From Phoronis australis (taxonomy: Eukaryota; Animalia; Phoronida), in NCBI GenBank assembly GCA_002633005.1, contig NMRA01000454.1, positions 302,437 through 366,436 on the forward strand: a DNA stretch of 64,000 nt, in the 5' to 3' direction. Under the pieces are notes generated by a model. That model saw only the letters and a list, made by a program, of their open reading frames with translations, did no database searches and was not told the origin of the DNA. A program made the position numbers and the translations under genes. This document shows positions 40,101 through 53,000 of the stretch, piece by piece. The stretch's first letter is position 1. Every line of letters starts with the position of its first letter.

Positions 40101-40284
40101 TTGTGAGTACTTTTGCCAATGCTACTGGTAATTAATTTCAAAATTCAAACTTCGGTTCCGACCCTTTATGTCGTCTGCTTGCCCAATAGCAGCATAGTTA
40201 TCGGACAGTTTTTGATTTACGGTTCACATAGGCCTACTGAGAAAACTACGAAAGCGTGTTGATAAATCAACATTCTCAAGTGAG

Positions 40285-40324
40285 CAGTTCTTCTGGGAAG
40301 TGTTGAGTGGCCCTTAAAAGGGCC
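40285..40324 (-). terminator. Histone-type 3' stem-loop 2 (GGCCCT-TTTA-AGGGCC) with ACTCA and an HDE-like element
   Basis: Minus strand CCAAC-GGCCCTTTTAAGGGCC-ACTCA-acacttcc-CAGAAGAACTG; stem at 40309-40324, purine-rich element ~14 nt downstream. Confidence 0.88.
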
Positions 40325-40349
40325 GTTGGTTGTAGGTATAGCGTGAAAT

Positions 40350-40365
40350 GGTTCTTAAAAGAACC
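40350..40365 (-). terminator. Histone-type 3' stem-loop 1 (GGTTCT-TTTA-AGAACC)
   Basis: Minus strand AAC-GGTTCTTTTAAGAACC-ATTTCA, 10 nt after the stop codon; 6-bp stem and UUUA loop match the Histone3 consensus. Confidence 0.85.
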
Positions 40366-40375
40366 GTTGAATAAT

Positions 40376-40692
40376 TCAACATAAATCACACAGTATACCA
40401 TGCTCACTCAAGTACTGAAGGTCCTCTTCATTCAAGTTTTCATCTGGGAAGGTTGGATGAAAACAGAGGAGATGACAATATCGATGACAGTTGTAACACC
40501 TTAGATAGATATTACCGTTCACCAACGTTGTCACGAACCCTGCATCGTTCAGTTCTTGTTCCTGTATCCACAAATAATCCTGAACTGTAGGAAAAAATGA
40601 CAAACAACACAACGAATCAAATTTCGAAAATCATCGCCTTCGTGCGATTCCGTGTTGCTGTCACCAGACTGATGTTCTTCTCCAACGTCCAT
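40376..40692 (-). CDS. Intronless ~105-aa acidic-N-terminus PHD-finger-like (C4HC3) protein, with one frameshift in a T6 run
   Basis: MDVGEEHQSGDSNTESHEGDDFRNLIRCVVCHF / FPTVQDYLW...YLRCYNCHRYCHLLCF...ILCDLC*: C-x2-C...C-x2-C-x4-H-x2-C...C-x2-C. Confidence 0.7.
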
Positions 40693-41188
40693 CGTAAAAA
40701 ATCGACGTTGCAAGTGATGGAAACTTGTCTACGCTCTCGTCCTTTGTTTCTAACCTTTAACCCATTTTTTAATAAAGGGGTGTACTGTTTTTGTCTCATG
40801 TTGATAGTGCATAATCTATGGTTTTACAATGTATTAATCGTGTTAAATGCATATATATGAACTGGTCTCATTGAGGTGCACAGCAAATAAATTAACTATA
40901 ACAAATTAAAGTTTTGAAAATATAAAGAGCAGTAACAGACTCCCTAAAAATCAGGCTTGTTTTCGAAAGGTTTGCGCCATTGGTGATCCGATTAGTTCAA
41001 TCGCTTGCGGCGGGAAAATGATAGACCCAGTTATTGTGCGCGTGTACACTGTATCAATGCTTTGTATCTTATTCTTATTTGTCTAATCTGTTGATACAGT
41101 AAATTTCCTTATTTATGCCCATCCTGATTTAACCCCGACTTGAGCTCCTTGGGTTCTACCATATTGGGGCTGTCCAGGGACTCACGTG

Positions 41189-41327
41189 CATGCGCGCACC
41201 CAGTCTTCAAAATGGGGGGCTCGAATTCCTGACGTTATGGACCTGTTGTTAACAAGAGAGCGGGCAGACTTTTTTGCCCACTTCGCCAAGGGGGGGGGCT
41301 CGAACCCCCCCTCTGAGTGCGCGCATG
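41189..41327. mobile_element. MITE family A, 5-bp TSD ACGTG
   Basis: CATGCGCGCACCCAG...CTGAGTGCGCGCATG flanked by ACGTG. Confidence 0.9.
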
Positions 41328-41606
41328 ACGTGGTGCTTACTCGAATGAGTTTCATTTTAGCGGCTATTTCCAATTGTGTAGGTGAAGTAAATTAACAAAG
41401 TGGATGATTATCATCACCGGTATTTCATCATTAGTATTTTTGTCGGCCTCTCAAGTTTTCCGTGGCTAGGGATTGTCACATCTGTAAGGTAGACGTGTTT
41501 CAGTGAACCTCCATGTTTGTGGCGTTATTTATACCTGACCAAACTTTGAAAAAGAAGCCCGCGTTTAAACCAGGAGCTGCATTGGGTGCAATTTGTGTAG
41601 ACGTTT

Positions 41607-41763
41607 CATGCGCGCACCCAGCCTCTAATACGGGGGCTCGAATCTCTGGCAAAGTGGACCTTTTGCTAACAAAAAGCGTGAGAACTAAAATAAAAAACGG
41701 GGTGCTGCCGTATTGTGGACTTTCGTCTCTTTCTCTTGGACTTTTCCCCTGGGTGCGCGCATG
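41607..41763. mobile_element. MITE family A, 5-bp TSD CGTTT
   Basis: CATGCGCGCACCCAG...CTGGGTGCGCGCATG flanked by CGTTT. Confidence 0.9.
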
Positions 41764-42061
41764 CGTTTGTCTACGTTGCTAGTTTTTATAAAGGTGGGCC
41801 TGTCTGTAGCCAACTACGGTAAATTCATAAAAGGTCACGTGCAGTGCAACTCAAGTTCATTACAAATTAAAAATCCGAACTTTCAAACCGTTTGATCTGA
41901 GTTGACATCTCAAATCAAAATTATGAAAATGCCACATAAAAGTATGAAATTGAAAATTAGCACACGTCAGCTTCACGTCCCTACCACCCCCTTTATCTTG
42001 CTTGCTACCTCTTAGGGTTCATTTCCCTTGCTTCCGAGGTTTTTCGTTATTCTGGTATTTT

Positions 42062-42882
42062 CATAGACTGCAGCGTACTTGGCTAAGATGGTTCAAGTTT
42101 TGTGCGGCATACAGTCGACATAAATAATTGAGTATGTAACCTGCTGTTGAATTGCGGGATAGATTTTGACAGGTCCAGGTATTTATTTCTGAAGTATTAA
42201 TGTAATCTTTATTTATGTTAAAGGTTTTACTAGCGTCCTATTTATTTGTACACGAATGTGAATTTGTTGAAATCGCTGATCCAAATCCTGGCCAAATCTG
42301 CGCATTATGCTGAGACCAACCGTCTGATCAGGGCCACCGAAGAGTAATTTGGTTAATTCGCTCACTAGACTATGGCTGAAGGTCCTCGTAAGGACAAGAG
42401 TTCACCAGTCTCTACCATTGGAAGAAATTTAGCGGACATTTTTCGACAAAAGTTTACCAGACAGTTTTCATCAAAACGGAGAAAAGAAAAATGGATTTGT
42501 GAAGACAGGATTAAGTAGTAGGCCTACCAGAGCCTCTTAAAAACATCCATCTTCGAAGTGACGTGAACAAATGTACAAGTTTTTTTTTGGAAGAACAACT
42601 TCCATTCACGTCGACGCGAGAACATAACTTTTTCTCCCACAGCGGATTTTTGGGTCTCCGTACACTGTGGAAGCTAACGCCTCTGCATTTCGCCTGCGTA
42701 GCCGAACAACCGGCCACACAGCAGCCGACCATGATTAGCAGACGACGTACTTGCCGGAAATTACACCAGATAATTTAGCCAGGTGTCGCCAGTGAATAAT
42801 GACGTAAGGGCTTGTGCGCAAGCTCACAGATTTAGTCCATTGAAAGTATACGGAGTTGGCGGTCCATGTACTATAGTCTATG
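42062..42882 (-). mobile_element. THAP-bearing P-like DNA transposon derivative
   Basis: Imperfect CATAGACT...AGTCTATG ends; MVGCCVAGCS...VSFH...W...ICSRHFEDGCF THAP (42520-42732, frameshifted); no TSD seen. Confidence 0.65.
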
Positions 42883-43221
42883 GGGGCATGCGTTTTTTTC
42901 AGGAAGTAACTCGGCGAGATATTTTACGACTCGCTCAATGGCCTGCTGACACGGGAACATCCGGATAAACAAAAAAATTCGCAACATTTGTGATGAAGTC
43001 AGTTTTTCAATTAGAAAAGTTCATTCATGGCAAAGACACTGAATACCCAAGTATTGAATTTCTAAGTAAATGTCCGTAGGTTCGGTTGACTACTCATCTT
43101 TCGAAGTAACTGCTATGCCATGTTAGTAGACGGCTACATGTAACTATTTTCTACACACACAGACACAGCTGGTAGCCATTAGTTTAAGAGAATCAAAATT
43201 AATAAACCGAATTGTCCTTCA

Positions 43222-44815
43222 TAGGCCATGGGCTGTAGGCCACGGGAGGCTAAGAAAACCACTTCTGTGACTACTTTAGGGGGGAAATTTAATTCAGGTA
43301 TTTTTGATGTCACAAATCATTGTACTTTATGAATCAAAAAGTTCCCGCGTTTAAACTTGCACATTTTTGTGAAATTTGATGTTAAAATTATGCCAATTCA
43401 GCAAATTCTACATGGAATTAAAAAGTTAGAAAAGAAGAAAATTAAGTTCCATAAAGGATGATACTGCATAATATATTCCTACAGGCTGTATTAAGTTATA
43501 ATAAACACACACTTTGTTATATTTTTCAATTAAAATGAAGAATTATGGAAGAAATATGAATTCATGGGTGCCACCTGTTGGCGAAATATGGAACTACCAT
43601 TCAGTGTTTCATGCTGTTCTTACTATTGGTAAAACTATAATTGTCAAACTGACTTTATCTCACCTTTATTTTATCACGCATTTACTGATCTGTCACACAA
43701 AAACAATCATTGTTACAAGTACAAAGCAAACAATTTGTCAAAAAATGGATACAAAAAGTATACAATGACAACAAATGCAATCGGATGAAGTACAAAATTC
43801 CGAGAATATAACAAGATACAAAGCTATTACTAGAGACGTACATATGACCATAGAAAAATGTTTCACAAATCACCAGACTCACTGGTTTATGTCTCTTGAG
43901 AAGGTTTCTTCCAAGTTTCTCTGGCTGGGATGCAAGTCCATCACACCTTTACTCGTCATCTGACTCAATTTCATCGCTCACTTTGACGTTCTTACAGTTT
44001 TGGCAGTTGCACATTTCTGTCAGTGCATTTTAGTCCAACATTTACACAAGAACAAATGTTTGTTTAACTACAATTCACTATGATTCCGTTTTGATTAAGG
44101 AATTGTAGAATAGGGTAAATTCTCTGGTAATTCGATTTCAGATTTCCAGTTCGGACACATACATTACAACCTCTTTTGGGCAAAGTTTTCTAGAGGAGTG
44201 ACTTTAACAGAGTCAAATGCAACATTTCCCCTTGCGAGATTATTCGTTGCGTCATAAATTCAAAGAAAAACTCTTGAAATAGTCTGTGAAAATTTCACTG
44301 CTTTCACTATCGTCATATTTTTGTTTTGTCAGTTTTCTTGTGAAGCTTTTGTAGCAAGAACGATGGTATTGCCAGCTGGTGCTTATTACTGTCATCATCT
44401 CCTATCGAAAGACATTCTTTCACACAGTCAATTCTTTTTGCCCATGTCAGTTTCCAGAAACTCAACAGATCCGATGAACTTGCTGCTCGAAAGTGTATGC
44501 AGCATTCATTGACAGCATCTTCAAGGGAGCCGCCATGTAAGATTAGGTCTGCAGTTACTTAGTTTCTGAGCTTGTGATTGGCTTAAGATGCCATATTGTT
44601 GCACCTTTTGTTGGACTTAGCGCCACCTCTTGTTCAATAATGTAGCACTTGAACTCTCAAAAGTATACGTTTTTCTACAAAAATGTGCAACTTATAACAT
44701 GGGAACTTTTCAGGTGTCAGTTGCTTGATGGTATATCTAGCCACACAGAAAAAATCAAGTTGCCCCCTGACATGGTCACATGATGAAAAGACGGGAGCTA
44801 CGGCCCATGGCCTTA
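43222..44815 (-). mobile_element. Internally deleted Academ transposon with both TIRs
   Basis: TIRs TAGGCCATGGGCTGTAG / CTACGGCCCATGGCCTTA, 3-bp TSD TCA; N-terminal CCIH...YHRSCYKSFT and C-terminal Cys-rich CSCVNVGLKCT.MCNCQNCKN remnants. Confidence 0.8.
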
Positions 44816-47800
44816 TCATTAACATGATGACGAAACCACGTGGTTACTCAGTCATCGGGTATTTTTGTTCACGTATTTGAAACTGCAAATCGGCAAGATA
44901 AGCCCTGACGGCGTATGCGTCATACCCCATCATACTGGCAATAGAGACAACTGAAAACACGCAAAGAACCGTCTATATTTTCGTTATAACGATATACTAT
45001 CTCATTATAATGACAATGCTCTCTCGTTATAATATTCTGTGATTATACATGTATCTCGTAAAAATGAGATAATCTGCGATTTTGTTTCAGTTGTCCCTAA
45101 TGGTCCGTCGTATTTGTCACAAGTATCCTGTCCTGAGCTGTTCTTCAATAAGCCGAAGTGAATGCATCGTTTTCACATTCACCCTTTTATGGTTGGACAA
45201 ATGATCTAAAGTAGCTGTTAAAATACCCAAAGCTCTTCTGTACGTGGGTATCTTAGCCGCACCACGTAAGTGCGCGTTGTTCTTACTCGAGTCGTGACAG
45301 GTGCTTGTGACTAATTGGACTATCCGCGTATCAACTGGGCTCATCTCAGATTCATTTATTTAAAGTGAACAACTAAAAATATGGCACGACTGTCTAGAAT
45401 TTAACATGATACAGACTAGAATCAACTAAGCCACTTTTGGCTCAATTAGATATTTCCAAAAATAGCGCATGATCCATTAGAATAGGATTTGTTGAACAAA
45501 CGTTCAGCACCACCTATTGTTCGATGTGTGGGCACATTTACAGCAGTCGCATTTTACTTAGCTTATCTTATGTGGTCATTATGACATCACTGCGTCACCT
45601 ACATGGCTGCTTTTGGTTTGTTTGAATGACTGACACGTAGCGAGCTATAGAGGCTAACAATTTTTTTAGCGTTCCGAAGCACGCTTCAAAGTTTTGCCAC
45701 TTGGCCCGTCACTGTATATAGAAACGGAAATTTTAAAGCGCCCTGACAGCACCCCCCTGCTAAACGATGGTGAACACTACATTACCTCTTTTTATCCAAA
45801 TCTATATTATTTGGCTCAGTTCCAAACGTGTTTCTCAGGTAACACGCGATCCTTGCACGTTAAACGCAAATAGTTTCTGAGTTATCGATTCTCTAAATCG
45901 ATATGGCTTCGTTTAAATCACATACAACGAACTGGGAAGTGAATAATCACAAATCAGTTTATAACCGACGAATTTTGATTGAACACGGTCTACAATTGCC
46001 AGAAAGGTTTTTGTTTTTTAATTGCAAAGCCGTGTTTAACGTGTGTTTTACATGTAATTTGAAACACACGTTGATATCAATGGTTTTGGTTACGTCACAG
46101 TTGTGCACACTTTATGGTAATGTATGTAAATTCAATCTATGTAGTACTAATTTAGCATGAATAATTGATAATTTCTTTCGTTAAGAATGTTTACTCGAGC
46201 TGTTAAACATTTCGTAGGAATGTGACGACAGCAGTCAAGGCAGTGATAATGTTATTCGAGGTTTGCTTTTGAATTCGAGGAATATTACCGAGGTTTGCAC
46301 TCTGTTTTCAAATATCAGGATCTGGTTGAAAGATTGCGGATAACTTGTCGGTAGCCTGTTCCTGTCATTGAGCGGTGAGTCGCACTATGCCACCTATTGG
46401 TGAGAATTTAACATACACCTACGTCAATATTCATAGCTCACAGTGTGCATTTAGAGTTCGTTCATATGCTGCCCCAGCTAAAAATGAAACGAAAAAAAAA
46501 TCTACGGCACTTGACGTAGTCATCACCAATTGCACGTGCGCGCAGTAATAAAGGAATAGCTAAAATACCCTGACTACCGACCGTAAAGCCTGCGATTTTA
46601 ATATATTGTTATATGACTGGACAATTTAAACGAAAAACGGGAAAGTTAAGTATTGGGAACTCCAGTTTAAAGACACTATAGTGTACCTCTTGCAGGCTCA
46701 TCAATGTTAATTTGACGAGACAAAATGTTGAAGGTTATTAAATTTGGGACTACAATAAATAGTCATCGATTATTTATTGGATAGTTTTACTTACTGTCTC
46801 ATTTTTTAGATTACATCCATCGGACTCACGAATAGTAAACAGTTTGCTTTAAATACTCTATTCATTTCTACTTACGCTCATTGAAACCTCTGACCTCATT
46901 ACGTAATGAGATGAAACATCGTTCGCAGTTTCAATTGCAATGGAAACAATATAAGTAGCCTTTATAATTTTAATGTAAAACTGTACATTTCACTCTCGTC
47001 GTTCTGCGCACCCAGTGACATCGTACACCCAGTGACATCATATAAGGTAGTTGTTGTTTCGGATAAAACAACCCCTTAACGAGTTTACTGCTGGGCACCC
47101 AATTCCTTTTCGCTATCTTCGATCTGCATCGTACTCGCTAAACTTAATTAAAATCATCGAATATTACCCTGATTATTGTCCCTTCTCGGCTTTAATTAAG
47201 TCATACTTCCGTGTTCAGGAAACGATAGCTCGGAGCCAAAGCTATGGCAAGATACACTTGCAATGCACGTGTAGAATTTACACGGATTGTTGACTTCGTG
47301 TTTTCCCAAAGCAGAAGTTCGGCGAAGTATAAATTTCTGGACGTATCAAATCGTAATCAGCATTGCCGTCGCACTTGTATGAGACTAAGTCTTGCATTTT
47401 CACCTCGTGCATGGGTTGATAGTCTCATCATGAATATTACTGTGCGCTACTCACAAACTCGTTTGCTTTTGTTTTCAATAATTCATTTAAAGTGAAAATT
47501 TCAAAAGACTTTAAGTGTGTAATCCTATATCCACTTCACGTGAATGAATGGTATTGACTGAATATTCTACGGCAGCATGGCAATGATTGAAATGCGCAAA
47601 ACAGTCGGTTCAGCGAGCTCGGGAGAACGGGTGAGTTAGCTCATTTGGGTATTATTAACTTTCTATGCTGACAGAAAGTCAATGGTTGACAAAATATGCC
47701 CACGTCACAGGTGACGGCGCTTTGCTTTTATTATACATAGTGTACCTTGAAGTATAGAGATAATTAATTGCAAAAAAGTGCTGTCACTAACAGAAAGAAA

Positions 47801-49639
47801 AATTAAACAGCATCGCTCATAGGTTTATCATCTTGGCTACTTTTAAAATTTCAGACTCAGGAATGTCTATTTTGATGTCAGTTGGCAAAACATCTCTTCT
47901 ATTTTAAACTGTCAATGTCCGAACGCGATCAAGAACGTACGATAAAATTTCTTCGATATCGTAATGGCGTCCATGAGTTCTGAAATTGTAACTCGACACT
48001 ACGAACATCCTCCTGAGTATGGCGGCAGTTGTATGGTTAAGATTATGTTGAACGGTCAACATTTCCCTAACGCGTTCTCTTTTCTTGGAAAATTGTCAAA
48101 ATGTAAACCAATCGTATGCCATGTTGCGCGTGCGAGCATTTTTCCGTGCATTTGGTTCAGACTGTGAAAAATACTGATGAGACGAAGATTGTAAAGTTTC
48201 CACTGATCATCGCTAAAAACATAATCAAAAGGGTAACAGAAGCGTTCACAACTCAGTGGCGGATTTAAGGTGAAGGAAGCAAAGATGTCATGGTTCCCCT
48301 TAAATTTCAACAAGTCCTCTGGGAATCGACTTGTTTGGTTCTTGTAGTGTAGGAAGCAACTAGTTTTCGTTCATTATACACATTCACGCGTTGTTTAACA
48401 TTGTCAAATAAACACGTTTTAAAGAAGTTGACTCCACTTCTATAATAGCTCGAGACCTCCAGGCCCGGCTTAACGTAAATTCCTGGACGCACAACGGTAT
48501 GTGTTGAACTTTCCTTGATTGACAGTGAATGGATCAAAGCAGAAAAGTGTTCTTTAGGCCTCACGTACATAACATGTTATGACATGATGCATGCATGACT
48601 AACGTTTGCACAAATCCGCGACATGAGATAGGTAAAATAGAAAATGGCGTTTTACTTATGTTTTAGCACAGGCGCTTGGGTTTATCGCAAATGACGTCAC
48701 TCTATAATATATATAAGAAAATATAAAGGTTGGACANAAAACATCTCTTCTATTTTAAACTGTCAATGTCCGAACGCGATCAAGAACGTACGATAAAATT
48801 TCTTCGATATCGTAATGGCGTCCATGAGTTCTGAAATTGTAACTCGACACTACAAACATCCTCCTCCTGAGTATGGCGGCAGTTGTATGGTTAAGATTAT
48901 GTTGAACGGTCAACATTTCCCTAACGCGTTCTCTTTTCTTGGAAAATTGTCAAAATGTAAACCAATCGTATGCCATGTTGCGCGTGCGAGCATTTTTCCG
49001 TGCATTTGGTTCAGACTGTGAAAAATACTGATGAGACGAAGATTGTAAAGTTTCCACTGATCATCGCTAAAAACATAATCAAAAGGATAACAGAAGCGTT
49101 CACAACTCAGTGGCGGATTTAGGGTGAAGGAAGCAAAGATGTCATGGTTCCCCTTAAATTTCAACAAGTCCTCTGGGAATCGACTTATTTGGTTCTTGTA
49201 GTGTAGGAAGCAACTAGTTTTCGTTCATTATACACATTCACGCGTTGTTTAACATTGTCAAATAAACACGTTTTAAAGAAGTTGACTCCACCTCTATAAT
49301 TGCTCGAGACCTTCAGGCCCGGCTTAACGTAAATTCCTGGACGCGCAACGGTATGTGTTGAACTTCCCTTGATTGACAGTGAATGGATCAAAGCAGAAAA
49401 GTGTTCTTTAGGCCTCACGTACATAACATGTTATGACATGATGCGTGCATGACTAACGTTTGCACAAATCCGCGACATGAGATAGGTAAAATAGAAAATG
49501 GCGTTTTACTTATGTTTTAGTTGGAACCATCCGCGGCACAATGTTTTCCATTTTCCTCAATAAATTTGGTTGACGTACATGTGCATGGCTAGGTTATGAG
49601 GTTAGCGTTTAATCCATCATTATCGTATTGTCATAAGCA

Positions 49640-50050
49640 TTGACTGGGCACGGTCTTGGAGACAGTAATTGCTGGACGTACGAGAGCTCAGGCATGAAAG
49701 CCAAGGTTGCACATATTTGAAGATTTGTTCAGGCAAACTGGACCTACGTGTCTACCACGCAAGGCATTTTGGGTTCTTTGACGACAAACGTGCCGAATAC
49801 CGCTTGGCTGCACAATACCAATGTCATGGAAGTCTTTTGTTAGAAGAGATGCACACTAAAATGGACGTAAAAGAAAAATATATATGTACAGTACAGATTG
49901 AAGTGAATCTCGTTAAAATGGACGTAAATAGCTATGTCGTACTTGTGAGCGCTGGGGGTTGTGTTATACTGGCCGGAAGAAAGGCAAGTTCTTCCCCGAG
50001 AAATAGCTGCCAGCAACACATTATGCAGCAATCTGTCTCAGTCGTAGCTC
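49640..50050 (+). pseudogene. Degenerate KolX / P2X7-C-terminal-like (Kolobok accessory) remnant
   Basis: KRAEYRLAA...WGLCYTGRKK.QVLP...QHIMQQ resembles YR..AYRQ...W..G.LG...R..LP.C. Confidence 0.45.
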
Positions 50051-53000
50051 TGAAAAAGCCACTATTGGCTGGCAGTAGGTGTTCAATTATAGTGACCACG
50101 TGGCTACATTATTAGGTATCAAGGATATTGACTTCCTGTGGGCACTTATCCTCTTGTGGGATCCAATTGACCATTTAATTTAATCGAATTTCTTTAGTCA
50201 TTATTAGTAGAAAGGTAGTTCTGACTGGCGTTAATTCTTTGGGTTTTCTTTATGTCTTGATGTCTGTTCAATTATTCATCACTACTGTCAGTGCGCTTTA
50301 ACTGATCACGTGGTAAACCTTGATAATGTCATGTGACGAAACCACTTCGTTCTGAAAACGTGCGATGCAAAAGTAAGTGCTTGTTTTCAAAAGACATCGT
50401 TTTGTTGTGCGCTAGTTTGGTGTCCTAAGCTTAGGTCATTCTTAGATGAAAACACACGAGTTTCAACAAAATTTCTGAGTAAATGTGATGAATATGAATA
50501 TTATTAAGGCTGTAGACTCGGAGTGTGTAGAACGTGTGATATAGAAGACAAAATGTCGTGAGACCCTTGCCAAATACCCAGCTTGAGTGCGGAACATCAA
50601 TATCAGAGTTAGCTGGTAATACTCAAATGAAGCTAATCCATATACCGAGGTTCGTGCACTGTTCTTCAAATTCGGTTAGGAATTGCTTTTTCTTTTTTAT
50701 GTTTGAGTTTTGCATTAGAACTATCAAAAATTGGACTTTTAGACTGTTTTAAGTTTAAAAGTTGCATCAAACAAAAAGCTAAATGATAATTTAGGCAACT
50801 TAGTGTAACACAGACTTTAAAATATCCTCTTGAAAATCTGTTTCATTTTTAGTTATTGTTCTTTTGTCATGTGCACACTACATCTTTCCTTTTTGATCGC
50901 GTTACCTATTCAATAGCAGACTGGGATACGGAGACGGTGGGTTTTACCTGGCGGTGCTCAAATCACTGGATTTGCCACATTTCTTCCATTCTGTCGAAAA
51001 CTGTGAACAAAATTGAAAGTTCCGACTCATATAACCTCAAAAGCGCCACCCTTGGCCTTTCAGCGACTATGGAGCCACCGCCACCAGTCCCGACAAGTCA
51101 ACACTAGGCTCTGAAAGCGAACTCACTGGAGATTTCACAAATGCTACCAAGAAGTGCTGTCAGAAAATAAGTGTTTTCAATCCTGGACTGTTTGAGCGCT
51201 ACCTTAAATCGCATCCTTAGGAGCTTCGCTAGCCGTAATACAGCAGGACTACATGAGGACGCCATATTTCTACGGAGAGTGAATTGTATTCGTGGTCTTT
51301 TCTCATTAAGCACATGTACACGAGCATAAACACTAACTGACTCGTTTTACTTACATGCGCTTGCAATGCATGCCTTAGGCCACCGCCAAACACGACCTAG
51401 CCAAGCGTCCTGTTTCTATGGAGTTCAAATTGGCCACCAGGCAACAGTGTATCTTTACAGCGCCACCTTTTTCCATTTTCAGATAATGTTCATTTTAACT
51501 TTGTTAAAGTCTATAGTTCTGCGGATATTTGGCTAAATACGCTGACTTAGAGATGCTATCTCCCATAACCTTAATTAATTACTTTACGTTTGGTCACAGG
51601 TGCAGGTGTGACTCCTGATTGGATTCGAGCAAATGCATCAAATTCATGTTCTGTATATTCGGGACAGCGAAGCGGCAGCGTCTAGTAATCATAATGAAGG
51701 AGATAACATTGAGCTGAGACAGCTACATGTAAATCACCAAGATGCGCTATACGGCTCGGGCACAGAATTGCAAATTCCATATTTAACCGTGAATGATGCC
51801 TTTGACAAAAACTTAGATTTAAAATGTTTTCCGTTTTGTTTTGCTAGTTTTATTTATGCTGTTTGGTCTTTAAAAAATGCTGCAAAACAAAAAGCGCTCG
51901 TTCGTAAATTCACACAAATCTACACCTCTTTTGCAAAATATATCGCAGTGGGCTAAAAAGTACAACAGAATCTGCCAGTTTCCGGAAAAGGAGACTGGAT
52001 ACGCCGCTTAGGTTTTAATGCGCGTTACACTTTCCGGAACACAATACTCCAGAATATGAATATTGAAATTGCATTACATTTTTGTATTATATGTCTCTAT
52101 GAATGTACTGTTTGGCCTTGAGCATTAAGATGTTCAATGGAAATTATTTGTTTTACAAACTAGAAAACGCGACAAGTTCCTTACAAAACAACTGAAGATT
52201 TGAGTGTGTTATTTTTTAACTAGTTGTCTAGTGTATGTTTGATGGAAAAATGACTTGGGCAGAAATTTGATCGCTCCCAATTCACATTTACCGAAAAAAT
52301 GTTTGGCAATGTAATTCACAAGCTCATTGCAGCCGAGATAGAATTGATGAAAATTATTTACTTGTGAAGGGACGTTAGTAACTGTACTTCGTTTATTGTT
52401 AGGTTTATTCCGTTGCTATTGTTCAATTATTCTCGCGCTTAATGTCTCTGTTGCCTCTTAGTACGCTGTATAGCCGTTGTTACAGTACGTGGGCCATGCA
52501 GCGTTACTGCATGTGTCGTGCACTCCGCTAGCGACAGGCTTCGGAGAAGGGCGTGTTTCCGTTTTTGGTCTATATATATGGAACTGAGCGTGTCATGTGC
52601 AACTAAACTGAAATGTATGCTTTTAGGTGAAATACACATTTTGTGTTTTGTTACATAGATAATTAGGAATTGTGTTTATTGTCTCGCAGAATTTACACTT
52701 TTGCTCAAGCGAGATTTAATTTTTTTGTGAAATTCTTGTTTGATTTGTAAAACCGAATTTCTGATTATGTCCTACGACACTTTTCATGAAACTGACCGTT
52801 GATCTTCTCTAACTTTGTCTCCCAAACGATGTGAACAAATTATCTTAAATCTGTATCCCGAACCAGACTGTTATTTATAAAATACTTTTCGCAATAACCA
52901 CCCGTACTAGACTGAACAGAAACTCTCCAGTGCTAGGCGCCATGGAGATTTCATAAGACAATGAATGATAATTTCTAGAGTGAGCTTCGTTTGTAATTCA

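Noticed and set aside
47887-49520. Near-identical ~780-bp tandem duplication producing duplicated ORFs
   Set aside because: A single n precedes the second copy and the copies differ at only ~11 sites; most likely two alleles assembled in tandem. The ORFs have no recognisable motifs.
50043-50062. Minus-strand GGCTTTTTCAGAGCTAC, similar to a histone stem-loop
   Set aside because: One base is missing from the stem and the context is a decayed TE region; may be chance.
51633-51956. 107-aa ORF with NLDLKCFP, faintly like Helitron Rep-associated sequence
   Set aside because: A single short motif with no Rep or helicase motifs nearby; insufficient to call.
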